A stretch of 64,000 nt of DNA from Mycobacteriales bacterium (GTDB taxonomy: Bacteria > Actinomycetota > Actinomycetes > Mycobacteriales > SCTD01). A model generated the notes under the pieces. It was not told the origin of the DNA and ran no database searches. It saw only the letters and a program-made list of their open reading frames with translations. The stretch covers positions 27,867 to 91,866 of the forward strand of contig JAUYQP010000052.1 in assembly GCA_030697205.1 (NCBI GenBank). Reading direction: 5' to 3'. This document shows, in pieces, positions 16,797-25,598 of this stretch; positions within the stretch are counted from its first letter, which is position 1, and the number at the start of each line of letters is the position of its first letter. A program made the position numbers and the translations under genes.

Positions 16797-17076
16797 GTTC
16801 ACCTCCTAAAAGGTGTGGACGGGCGTCACGGGGCGGGCGCACCGCGGACGCGCACCGGCACGGTGGACCGATCCGGTAGCGACGCACGTCCGGTGTCGGC
16901 AGCGCCGGGGTCCCGCGGGAGCGCTTCAGCCAGAGATGGGAACGAAGGATGGTCCGGCGTAGCGAATCGGGTGATCATCACAACGGAGGCTCAACCGGAC
17001 CTCCGGGCACGCGTCACCACGTGTCGGCACATGGGCTAGGAGGGTCTCCGGGTCCCGGGCAGCCGCCCTGCGCAGG

Positions 17077-18795
17077 CTAGGCGCGCTGGAGCTCGCGGTC
17101 GTCGTACGACGAAGAGGGCTCGGCGACGTCGCGCCTGTCGGGCGCGCCGTCCAGCACCCCGCCGGCCGGGTCGTCGTCGCCGTCGGCGCGGACCACGTCG
17201 TGCTCCGGGCGGTACATGTCGCGGACCACGAGGGCGCACAGCACGAGCAGCGCGAGGTCGCGCAGCAGCACCGCGCCGACGAACCACTCGACGTGCAGGC
17301 CCTCGTCCTTGCCCTCGGGGGAGTCGAGGTGCACGAAGTAGTAGAAGCGCGTGAAGAGCACGAACGCCTCGGTGACCTGCCAGGCGAGGAAGCCGCGCCA
17401 GCGCGGGCGGGCGAGCACCGCGACGGGCAGCAGCCACAGGACGTACTGCGGGCTGAAGACCTTGTTGGTGAGCAGGAAGGCCACGAGGACGAGGAACGAC
17501 ACCTGCATGAGGCGGGGCCGTCGGGGGGCGCGCAGCACGATCGCGGCGATGACGAGCAGGGACAGCAGGAAGCCGATCGCGACCGTGCGGTTGAGGGCCT
17601 CGGGGGCCTCGCCCTCGAGCTGGCCGTCGTCGAGCAGCAGCCGCGCCGCCCCGTCGCAGGTGCCGTCGACGGCGTCGGACAGCAGGCCTCGGATGCTCTC
17701 GACGACGGCGGTCAGTCCGGTGCGGGGCGTGTCGTCGGTGTCGCCGCGGGCCTCGTTGGAGCAGGTGCGCAACGCGAAGTGCAGCGAGTCCCAGTCGGCT
17801 CCGCGCGTGGTGTTGAGCTCGTAGAAGCGGTAGGCGCTGTTGACCGCCCGCTTGGGCCGGCCGTCGGCGAAGGCGAAGGGGGTGTCGACGTGCGGTGACA
17901 GCGCCCCGAGGCCCTCGTCGCCGATCCGGTCGAGCGGGCTGTCGGCGACCCGGACCTGCGCGCCGTTCTGCTCCACGAAGTAGGGGCTGGTGAGGTAGAC
18001 CGGCACGGTGATCGCGCCCGCGGCGATGACGAGGGCGATCGCGGCGGTGAGCCACTCCTTGAGCCGCTTCGCCCGCAGGCACAGCAGGAACAGCGGGATG
18101 ACGAGCAGGACGGGGTAGAGCTTGGTCGCGGTCGCGACACCGAGCAGTACGCCGGCGGCGAGCGGTCTGCGGCGCTGCCACTGCACGAGCGCGAGGCCGG
18201 CGATCGCGGTCGCGACGAGGTCCCAGTTGGTCGTCGCGTGAAGGAGCAGCCCGGGGGCGGCCGCGAACAGCGCGGCGTCCCAGACCCTTCGCCGCCCGGC
18301 GAGGCGCGCGGTCGTGACGGCGACGACCACGGCGCAGCCCGTGAGCAGCACCCAGGTGAGGTCGTAGAAGCGGCGCGGCCGCTGGTCGTCGGGCAGCGTG
18401 TTGACGACCTTCGCGACGGTGCCCATCACGGCGCCGATGACGGGCGGGTACTCCACCGGGTGGTCGAGGTAGGGCGTCGCCCCGGCGCGGGTGACGTTGC
18501 CCTGGGCGTCCTTCTCCTCGTTGAGCCGCTCGGCGAAGTAGAGCGCGAAGACGTCGGTGTAGCAGAGCCTCGTGTACTGGTACTCGTCCGCCCAGGGGTG
18601 CACCCGGCACGGCGACTTCTGCCACAGGCCGAGCAGGCTGGTGAGCAGCGTCAGCGCGACGATGACGCGGATCGGCGTCCAGAGCCGACGCTCGCCGATG
18701 CGGGCGCGCTTCCCGGGTGGGCCGCCGATCGCCTGGACGGCACCGGCGATGACGGGGTCGTCGTCGGAGGGACGCACGAGGGTCGGGGCAGTCAC
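17077..18795 (-). CDS. Polytopic GT-C-type membrane glycosyltransferase-like protein (DUF2029/GT87-like, Rv0051-like)
   Basis: 572 aa, multi-TM. It lies next to the class A PBP as in mycobacteria and Streptomyces, and is a paralogue of 11918..13180. Confidence 0.75.
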   Translation of the reverse strand: MTAPTLVRPSDDDPVIAGAVQAIGGPPGKRARIGERRLWTPIRVIVALTLLTSLLGLWQKSPCRVHPWADEYQYTRLCYTDVFALYFAERLNEEKDAQGNVTRAGATPYLDHPVEYPPVIGAVMGTVAKVVNTLPDDQRPRRFYDLTWVLLTGCAVVVAVTTARLAGRRRVWDAALFAAAPGLLLHATTNWDLVATAIAGLALVQWQRRRPLAAGVLLGVATATKLYPVLLVIPLFLLCLRAKRLKEWLTAAIALVIAAGAITVPVYLTSPYFVEQNGAQVRVADSPLDRIGDEGLGALSPHVDTPFAFADGRPKRAVNSAYRFYELNTTRGADWDSLHFALRTCSNEARGDTDDTPRTGLTAVVESIRGLLSDAVDGTCDGAARLLLDDGQLEGEAPEALNRTVAIGFLLSLLVIAAIVLRAPRRPRLMQVSFLVLVAFLLTNKVFSPQYVLWLLPVAVLARPRWRGFLAWQVTEAFVLFTRFYYFVHLDSPEGKDEGLHVEWFVGAVLLRDLALLVLCALVVRDMYRPEHDVVRADGDDDPAGGVLDGAPDRRDVAEPSSSYDDRELQRA

Positions 18796-18860
18796 GCCGC
18801 CGATCCTCGCCTACGCGGGGGCGCCTTCGCCAGGTGCCCCGCCGGGCGGGCCCGACTCGG

Positions 18861-21011
18861 TCAGGGGGTCGGGCTCGCCTGCGCCGCGGCCGAGGGCGGC
18901 GGGGAGGTCGGCTGCTGCGTGGGTTGCTGGGTCGGCTGCTGGGTCGGCTCGTTCGTGGGCTGCTGCGTGGGCTCGTCCGTGGGCGTGACGTCGGTGGGGA
19001 TGACCCCGGTCGGCGTCACGTCGGTCGGCACCGCGGTCGCCGTGGCGCTGGGGGTGGCCGTCGCGGTCGGCTCGGGCCCGGTCGGGGTGTCGCCGCCGCG
19101 GTCACGCCCGACGTTGGCCCGTGGCGGGAACTGCTCGATGGGCTGTCCCTCGTGCGCGGCGTCCATGAACGTCTTCCAGATCCCGGTGGCGAACGCGCCG
19201 CCGGTCGCCTGCCGGCCCTTGATGACGATCGTCTTGGGGTTGTCGTAGCCGAGCCAGACCGCAGCGGACAGCTGGGGCGTGTAGCCGGCGAACCAGACGT
19301 CCTTGTTGCCCGACGTCGTCCCCGTCTTGCCGGCCGCGGGGCGCCCACCGGCCAGCTGGGCCCCACGACCACTGCCGCGCTCGATGACCTGCGTCATCGC
19401 GAAGGTCGCATCCGCGGCGACGTCGCGCTCGAACGCGCGCTGCTTGATGACCTTGCCCTCGTAGACCAGGTCGCCGTCGCGGTCCGTGACGCTCTTGACG
19501 ACGAACGGCTGGACGTAGTCGCCCTGCGACCCGAAGGTGGCGTAGCCGACGGCCTGGTCGGCGACGTGCACCTCGTAGCCGCCGAGCGCGATGTTGCAGT
19601 TGGGCTCGCCGTCCTTGTCCGCGAGCGGCACCGAGTCGGGGATCCCCGCCTTGCGGGCGAGCTCGGCGACCTTGGCGGCACCCACCTTGACGCACAGCTC
19701 GTAGTAGGCGGTGTTGATCGACTTCTGGGTGGCCTCCACCAGGTCGACCCGGCCGTAGGACTCGTCGCCGAAGTTGTCGATCTCGGTGCTGCCGAAGCGC
19801 TTGTTGTCGTTGCCGTCCCATTGCGAGCGCAGGCTGATGCCCTCCTCGAGGGCGGCCGCGAGGACGTAGGGCTTGAACGACGATCCGGGCTGGCGGACGG
19901 CCTGGGTGGCGTAGTCGAAGCCGGTGCCGGTCGCGCCGCCGTAGTAAGCCCACACCTCACCGGTGCCGGGCTTGACCGCGACGAGCGCGCCCTGAAGGCC
20001 CGCCGCTCCAGGCGAGTCGCCGGTGAGCTCCTGCACCGCCTCGACCGCCGCGGCCTGGGCCTCGCGCCGGATCGTCGTCTTGACCGTGAAGCCGCCTGCG
20101 GCGAGCTTGTCCTCGCCGAAGCCGCGTCGCTGGATCTCCTCCATCACCTGGGCGATGACGTGGCCCTTGGGACCGGACAGGTCGTTGTTCTTCGCACCAG
20201 GGCCCTTCCCGGGCTCGAGCACCTTCGGGTAGTCGACGTCGCCGCGCTCACCCGGCTCCAGCCAGCCCTTGTCGACCATGCCGCCCAGGACGTACTCGAA
20301 GCGGTCCTTCGCGCGCTCGGGGTGGCGCGTCGGGTCGTAGGCGGCTGGGGAGCGGATCGTCGCGGCGAGAACCGCGCCCTCCGCGATGGTGAGCTTGTCG
20401 GTGGACTTGCCGAAGTAGACCTGCGAAGCGACCTCGATGCCGCTCGCCCCGCGGCCGAAGTAGATGGTGTTGAGGTAGTCCTCGAGGATCTGGTCCTTCG
20501 ACACCGAGCGGCTCATCTTCAGCGCGATGAAGACCTCCTTCACCTTGCGCGTGTAGGTGCGCTCCTGGGTGAGGAAGGCGTTCTTGGCGTACTGCTGGGT
20601 GATGGTCGACCCGCCCTGCTGGACCGAGCCGCCGCCCTTGATGTTGGTGAGCAGGGCGCGGGCGATGCCCTTCGGGCTGATGCCGGGCTCGGTGTAGAAG
20701 CCGCGGTCCTCGGCGGCGAGCACCGCCTTCTGGACGTGGTCGGGGACCTTCTCCAGGCCGACGATCTTGCGGTTCTGCTGGCCGACCCTGCCGATCTCGC
20801 CGCCGTCGGCGTAGAGCAGCGTCGTGGACTGCGCGCTCGCGTCGGCGTTGACGTCGGGGATGTCGGTCGCGGCGTAGGCGATGCCGAACAGCGCCAGCAG
20901 CGTCAGGAAGCCACCCCCTCCCCCGACGAGGATCAGGCGCTTCCAGCGCAGGCGTGACAGGCGGTCCCCGAGTCGGCTCACCCGCCGATCCTTCCCTGTC
21001 GCAGCGCGCAC
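18861..21011 (-). CDS. ponA: Class A penicillin-binding protein (GT51 transglycosylase + transpeptidase) with PT/Q-rich C-terminal tail
   Basis: GT51 motifs: AAEDRGFYTEPGI and GGSTITQQYAKN. Transpeptidase motifs: SSFKPY, SIN and KTGTT. The tail reads PTQQPTNEPTQQPTQQPTQQPT. Confidence 0.92.
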   Translation of the reverse strand: MRAATGKDRRVSRLGDRLSRLRWKRLILVGGGGGFLTLLALFGIAYAATDIPDVNADASAQSTTLLYADGGEIGRVGQQNRKIVGLEKVPDHVQKAVLAAEDRGFYTEPGISPKGIARALLTNIKGGGSVQQGGSTITQQYAKNAFLTQERTYTRKVKEVFIALKMSRSVSKDQILEDYLNTIYFGRGASGIEVASQVYFGKSTDKLTIAEGAVLAATIRSPAAYDPTRHPERAKDRFEYVLGGMVDKGWLEPGERGDVDYPKVLEPGKGPGAKNNDLSGPKGHVIAQVMEEIQRRGFGEDKLAAGGFTVKTTIRREAQAAAVEAVQELTGDSPGAAGLQGALVAVKPGTGEVWAYYGGATGTGFDYATQAVRQPGSSFKPYVLAAALEEGISLRSQWDGNDNKRFGSTEIDNFGDESYGRVDLVEATQKSINTAYYELCVKVGAAKVAELARKAGIPDSVPLADKDGEPNCNIALGGYEVHVADQAVGYATFGSQGDYVQPFVVKSVTDRDGDLVYEGKVIKQRAFERDVAADATFAMTQVIERGSGRGAQLAGGRPAAGKTGTTSGNKDVWFAGYTPQLSAAVWLGYDNPKTIVIKGRQATGGAFATGIWKTFMDAAHEGQPIEQFPPRANVGRDRGGDTPTGPEPTATATPSATATAVPTDVTPTGVIPTDVTPTDEPTQQPTNEPTQQPTQQPTQQPTSPPPSAAAQASPTP

Positions 21012-21185
21012 AACCCGGTGCGCTGCGTCACAGCGCGTCGGACCACCGCGTACGCCGCGCCCTCGCTGTCGCCGACGTGCCGGTCCACAGCAGCGCGCGC
21101 CGCTCCAGCGCGTGGTCCACGACCTCCCGCTCGACCGGGTCTGCCTGATCCGTGCGCATGGTCCATGGACCGTACGACGAACAGC

Positions 21186-21213
21186 GGCCCCGCACCGTTC
21201 AAGGAACGGGGCC
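21186..21213 (-). terminator. Hairpin immediately downstream of the S8 peptidase gene
   Basis: ggccccgcaccgttc-aag-gaacggggcc, sitting 6 nt after the stop at 21219..21221. Confidence 0.45.
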
Positions 21214-21218
21214 AGCGG

Positions 21219-22634
21219 TCAGGGGGTGACGGTGTCGGCCACGGCCTTCGCGGCGTCGACGAGGCCGGCTCCGCAGCCGCCGGAGCAGCTGCCGGCGAGC
21301 GGCCGGGTGCCGGCCTTGAGTGCCGTCTCCAGAGCCGACGGTGTGAAGGCCTTCTCGCCGAGCAGCAGCGCGGCGAGGCCCGCGACGTGGGGGGTGGCCA
21401 TCGAGGTGCCCTGGTAGTACGCGTAGGCGGGGTCGCCCAACACGGTGGTGCCGGTGTTGAGCGTCGACAGCACGCCGTTGGCCTGCGTCGCGGTCTCACC
21501 GCCGGGGGCCGTGACGTCGATGATGGCGCCGTAGTTGCTGTAGGCGGCGCGGTTGCCCTGGCGGTCCGAGGCCGCGACGACGACGACGTTCTGGCACGAC
21601 GACGGCTGGTAGTTCGCGGCGTTGGCGTTGCTGTTGCCCGCGGCGACGACGACGGTTGTGCCGCGCGCGACCGCACCGTTGATGGCGTTTTGGTAGGTCG
21701 CGCCGCAGGTGCCGCCACCGCCGAGGCTCATGTTGATGACCGTGGCCGGGTTGGCGTTGGCCGGGATGCCGCTGACCGTGCCGCCGGAGGCCCACGTGAT
21801 CGCGTCGGCGATGTCGGCCAGCGTGCCGCCGCACTTGGCGAGCACCCGCACCGGCTGCACCTTCGCGCCGAAGGCCACCCCGGAGACACCGAGCCCGTTG
21901 CCCGTCACCGCGCCGATGGTCCCGGCGACGTGGGTGCCGTGCCAGGAGCTGTTGGAGCCGGGAACGCCCTTGCCGCACTCGTTGCGGGCGTAGTAGTCAC
22001 CGAGGTCGGTCGGGTCGGGGTCGCGGCCGTCGCCGTCGCGCGCGTTGGTCGCGCTGCTGACGAAGTCGTAGCCGCCGAGGACGTTTGCGTCGAGGTCGGG
22101 GTGGCGGGTGATGCCGGTGTCGAGGACGGCGACGGTGACGCCGGTGCCGTCCGCGGTGTCCCAGGCCGTCGGGAGGTTCATGCCGGCCAGCGGCTCGGAG
22201 TAGTGCCACTGCTGGCCGTAGTTGCTGTCGTTCGGGGTGAGGGTTGCGATCATCGTCGCGTCGACCTCGGCGTAGGCGACTCCGCTGCGCTCCACGAAGC
22301 GGGCGATCAGGCGGTCGGCGGCGGGCCCGTCGAGCGGCGCCGCCACCTGGACGAGCACGCCCTCGGTCGACAGCCGCCGGGTCACCGACAGCTGGTGGCC
22401 CGAGCCGCGGCCGACAGCGGCGACCTCGGCCCGGGCAGCCGCGTCGTCGGTGTCAGCAGCGGTCCCGTCGGCGAAGTGCACGATCAGCCGCTCGACGGCC
22501 TGGCCGGTCGCCGTGGCGCCGCGGTTGGTCTTGTCCGCAGGGGAGGCCGACGCGGCAGGGACGCTCGCCCCGGCCGCGACGAGGGCAAGTGCGGTGGCGG
22601 CCAGTGCCGTGCGGGACGCGAGGGGGTGGGTCAC
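21219..22634 (-). CDS. Secreted S8 serine peptidase with I9-type propeptide (no P domain)
   Basis: Track ORF 21219..22721. GTG 22634 gives the signal peptide VTHPLASRTALAATALALVAAGASVPAASA. Triad motifs are VLDTGIT, WHGTHVAGTIGAV and GTSMATPHVAG. Confidence 0.9.
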   Translation of the reverse strand: MTHPLASRTALAATALALVAAGASVPAASASPADKTNRGATATGQAVERLIVHFADGTAADTDDAAARAEVAAVGRGSGHQLSVTRRLSTEGVLVQVAAPLDGPAADRLIARFVERSGVAYAEVDATMIATLTPNDSNYGQQWHYSEPLAGMNLPTAWDTADGTGVTVAVLDTGITRHPDLDANVLGGYDFVSSATNARDGDGRDPDPTDLGDYYARNECGKGVPGSNSSWHGTHVAGTIGAVTGNGLGVSGVAFGAKVQPVRVLAKCGGTLADIADAITWASGGTVSGIPANANPATVINMSLGGGGTCGATYQNAINGAVARGTTVVVAAGNSNANAANYQPSSCQNVVVVAASDRQGNRAAYSNYGAIIDVTAPGGETATQANGVLSTLNTGTTVLGDPAYAYYQGTSMATPHVAGLAALLLGEKAFTPSALETALKAGTRPLAGSCSGGCGAGLVDAAKAVADTVTP

Positions 22635-22767
22635 GGGGCGGTGCCTCTCGGAGCAGCCCGGGACCTGCCCCGGTGACGGGAGGCTAGGCCCGCTGGACGC
22701 CCGCTGTCTGTAGTCCGACATGACCGCTTTGCACGTCGGCGGCCGTGCAGGACGTCAGAGCAGGACG

Positions 22768-23547
22768 TCAGAGCAGGAAGGTGCGCAACGCGGAGGTGAA
22801 CGCCTCGGGCTGCTCCGAGTGCAGCCAGTGCCCGGCCTGCTTGACGGTCACGAGCACGGTCCGGGGGAACAGCGCCCGCATCGGCGCGGCGTGCTCGGGA
22901 CGGACGTAGGGGGAGCGGTCCCCAGCGAGCCAGAGCACTCGGCCCTCGAAGGTCCCGGAGACGTCTGGCCAGCAGGCGATGGTCGGCAGCTCGCGGGACA
23001 ACAGCGCGAGGTCGGCCTGCCAGTGCCAACCGTCCGGGCCACTCCGCAGGTTCTGCAGCAGGAAGCCGCGCACGCGGTCGTCGGGGATGTCGGTGGCCAA
23101 CCGCTCGTCCGCCTCTGCGCGCCGCGTGACCCTTGTCAGGTCGAGTCGCTGCAGGCTGCCCAGCAGGTGCTCGAACTCCGCCGACCCGTCGCTCGGTGCA
23201 GGCGAGATGTCGACGACGACCAGCCGGTCGACGAGCTCGGGGTGGCGCAGCGCGAGGACCATCGCGACCTTGCCGCCCATCGAGTGGCCGACCACGTGCA
23301 CCGGTCCGTCAGCCTGCGCGCGGATGGTGGCGGCGACGGCGTCGGCGGCGGCGAGGTAGGCCGTGGTGCCCGTCCACGGCGAGCGGCCGTGGTTCGGCAG
23401 GTCGACCAGCAGCGACCGCAGGTCGGGCGCGAGGGCCTTGGCGACGGTGGTGAAGTTCTTGCCCTGGCCGAACAGGCCGTGCAGGAACACCACCGTCGGT
23501 CCGCTGTCGCCGATGTGCTGCGCGAACAGCGGCGGTCCCTCGTTCAC
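22768..23547 (-). CDS. Alpha/beta-fold hydrolase (esterase-like)
   Basis: VVFLHGLFGQGKNF, the nucleophile elbow VVGHSMGGKV, and the C-terminal GHWLHSEQPE. Confidence 0.85.
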   Translation of the reverse strand: MNEGPPLFAQHIGDSGPTVVFLHGLFGQGKNFTTVAKALAPDLRSLLVDLPNHGRSPWTGTTAYLAAADAVAATIRAQADGPVHVVGHSMGGKVAMVLALRHPELVDRLVVVDISPAPSDGSAEFEHLLGSLQRLDLTRVTRRAEADERLATDIPDDRVRGFLLQNLRSGPDGWHWQADLALLSRELPTIACWPDVSGTFEGRVLWLAGDRSPYVRPEHAAPMRALFPRTVLVTVKQAGHWLHSEQPEAFTSALRTFLL

Positions 23548-23653
23548 GGCCCTCCCTCGTCGTCCCGACGCACGCTATCGGTCAGGGCCGCATGCGACGG
23601 GGCGCCCGCTGGGCGGGCGCCCCGTCGTTCGTACGGTCAGACGGTCGGGGCGG

Positions 23654-25435
23654 TCAGACGGTGATGCTCCAGCTGTTGATGTAGCCGGTGTCGCCCGCGT
23701 AGGCGTCGTAGACCCGCAGCTTCCAGGTCCCGTTGGCGACCTCGCTCGAGGCGTTGACGGTGTAGGTCGCGATGACGTCGTCGGCGCTGTCACTCGAGCT
23801 GATCGACTTCAGCCGGTAGAGCGTGCCGTCGGGGGCGACGAGGTCGACCTGCAAGTCGCCCCGGTAGGTGTGGCGGATGTCGACCGCTACCTGCGTGGTG
23901 GTGGGCGCGTTGCCGGTGCGGCCGCTGACCGTCACCGGCGAGTCGACGGTCGCGCCGTCGGCGATGGCGTAGTCCGCGCTGTTGGTGAAGGTCGCGCCGG
24001 CCGGTGCGGTGAGCGACGCGATGGTCTTCGTCGCATCGACCAGACCGGTGCCGCAGCCGCCCGAGCAGGTGCCCGCGAGAGCGCGGGTGCCGGCCTTGAG
24101 GACCGACTCGAGCTCCGCCGGGGTGTGCGCCTTCTCGCCGAGGACGAGCGCCGCGAGGCCGGCGACGTGCGGGGTCGCCATCGAGGTGCCCTGGTAGTAG
24201 GCGTAGGCCGGGTTGGCCGGGACCGTCGTGCCGGTGTTGAGCGTGGACAGCACGCCGTTGGCCTGGGTTGCGGTCTCACCGCCGGGGGCCGTGACGTCGA
24301 CGATCGTGCCGTAGTTGCTGTAGCTCGCGCGGTTGCCCTCACGATCCGACGCGGCGACGACGACGGTGCTCGTGCACGACGACGGCTGGTAGTTCGCCGC
24401 GTTGGCGTTGCTGTTGCCGGCCGCGACGACGACGGTGGTGCCGCGACCCACCGCGCCGTTGATGGCGTTCTGGTAGGTCGCACCGCAGGTGCCGCCACCG
24501 CCGAGGCTCATGTTGATGACCTTGGCGGGGTTGGCGTTGGCGGGCACGCCGCTGACCGTGCCGCCGGACGCCCAGGTGATGGCGTCGGCGATGTCGGCCA
24601 GCGTGCCGCCGCACTTGGCGAGGACGCGCACCGGCACGACCTTCGACGCGAAGGCGACCCCGGCGACGCCGGAGGCGTTGCGGCTGACCGCGGCGATGGT
24701 GCCCGCCACGTGGGTGCCGTGCCAGGAGCTGTTGGACGCGGGCGACCCGGCGCCGCACTCGCCGGCCGCGGACCAGTCGCCCTGGTCGGCGGCGTTGCTG
24801 TCGCGGCCGTTGCCGTCGCGTGCGTTGGTCGCGCTGCTGACGAAGTCGTAGCCACCGACGACGTTGGCGTCGAGGTCGGGGTGGGCGGTGATGCCGGTGT
24901 CGAGGACGGCGACGTTGACGCCGGCGCCGTCGGCGGTGTCCCACGCGGTCGGGAGGTTCATCCCGGCCACGGCCTCGTGGTAGTGCCACTGCAGGTTGTA
25001 GTTGGTGTCGTTGGGCGTGAGCGTCGCGGTCATCACCGCGTCGGGCTCGACGAAGGCGACCTCGGACTTCTCGGCGAAGCGCGCGATGAGCTTGTCGGCC
25101 TTGTCCTTGTCGAGGCCGGCGTCGACCTGCACGACGGCGCCGGTGGTGGACAGCCGCTTGGTGACGGTGAGCCGGCGGCCCTCCGCCTTGCCGACCTCGT
25201 CGGCGGTCGCCTGCGCGGCGGCGTCGTCGGTGGCCGCGGCGGCGCCGTCGGCGAAGTGGACGATGAACCGGTCGTAGGTGGCGCCCGCGGCAGTCGCGCC
25301 CGCGTTGGTCTTGGACTTGTCAGCCTGGGGCGCGGCGCTGACGGACGGGGTCGTGAGCAGGGTGGTGCCGAGCGCCGCGACGACGACGGCGACGGTGGTC
25401 GCAGCCGCCTTCCGGCGGGTGAGGGGGGTGGTCAC
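23654..25435 (-). CDS. Secreted S8 serine peptidase with C-terminal proprotein-convertase P domain
   Basis: VLDTGIT, WHGTHVAGTIAAV and GTSMATPHVAG. The P-domain reads IRHTYRGDLQVDLVAPDGTLYRLK..NGTWKLRVYDAYAGDTGYINSWSITV. Confidence 0.9.
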   Translation of the reverse strand: MTTPLTRRKAAATTVAVVVAALGTTLLTTPSVSAAPQADKSKTNAGATAAGATYDRFIVHFADGAAAATDDAAAQATADEVGKAEGRRLTVTKRLSTTGAVVQVDAGLDKDKADKLIARFAEKSEVAFVEPDAVMTATLTPNDTNYNLQWHYHEAVAGMNLPTAWDTADGAGVNVAVLDTGITAHPDLDANVVGGYDFVSSATNARDGNGRDSNAADQGDWSAAGECGAGSPASNSSWHGTHVAGTIAAVSRNASGVAGVAFASKVVPVRVLAKCGGTLADIADAITWASGGTVSGVPANANPAKVINMSLGGGGTCGATYQNAINGAVGRGTTVVVAAGNSNANAANYQPSSCTSTVVVAASDREGNRASYSNYGTIVDVTAPGGETATQANGVLSTLNTGTTVPANPAYAYYQGTSMATPHVAGLAALVLGEKAHTPAELESVLKAGTRALAGTCSGGCGTGLVDATKTIASLTAPAGATFTNSADYAIADGATVDSPVTVSGRTGNAPTTTQVAVDIRHTYRGDLQVDLVAPDGTLYRLKSISSSDSADDVIATYTVNASSEVANGTWKLRVYDAYAGDTGYINSWSITV

Positions 25436-25598
25436 GTAGGGATGCTCCTCGTGGTCGAGCCCGGGAGGGGGCCGGGATCGCGCGAACGTAGGGCCGCGCC
25501 GGCCTCCCTGTCACCCCCCAAGAGGGACAGATCGGGGTACGACGCAGGGCGCCCGCTCAGTGAGCGGGCGCCCTGTCGTCGTACGGGGTGTCAGTCGG

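Noticed and set aside
16797-17076. Possible riboswitch (for example c-di-GMP class) or the 139-aa ORF 16620..17039 (+) in the long spacer upstream of the small ORF and GGDEF-EAL unit
   Set aside because: I recognised no conserved riboswitch blocks on either strand. The plus-strand ORF has no SD, no motif and atypical composition. The slightly lower GC and small hairpins are compatible with an ordinary promoter region.
18861-19030. Short tandem DNA repeats, here and at about 25960-26050, 36340-36400 and 42487-42550, considered as possible CRISPR, minisatellite or contingency loci
   Set aside because: All lie in frame inside genes and encode Pro/Thr/Gln/Asp/Ala linker or tail repeats (PTQQ, ASPTAT, PTTD, PADP). 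There are no unique spacers between repeats and no cas genes.
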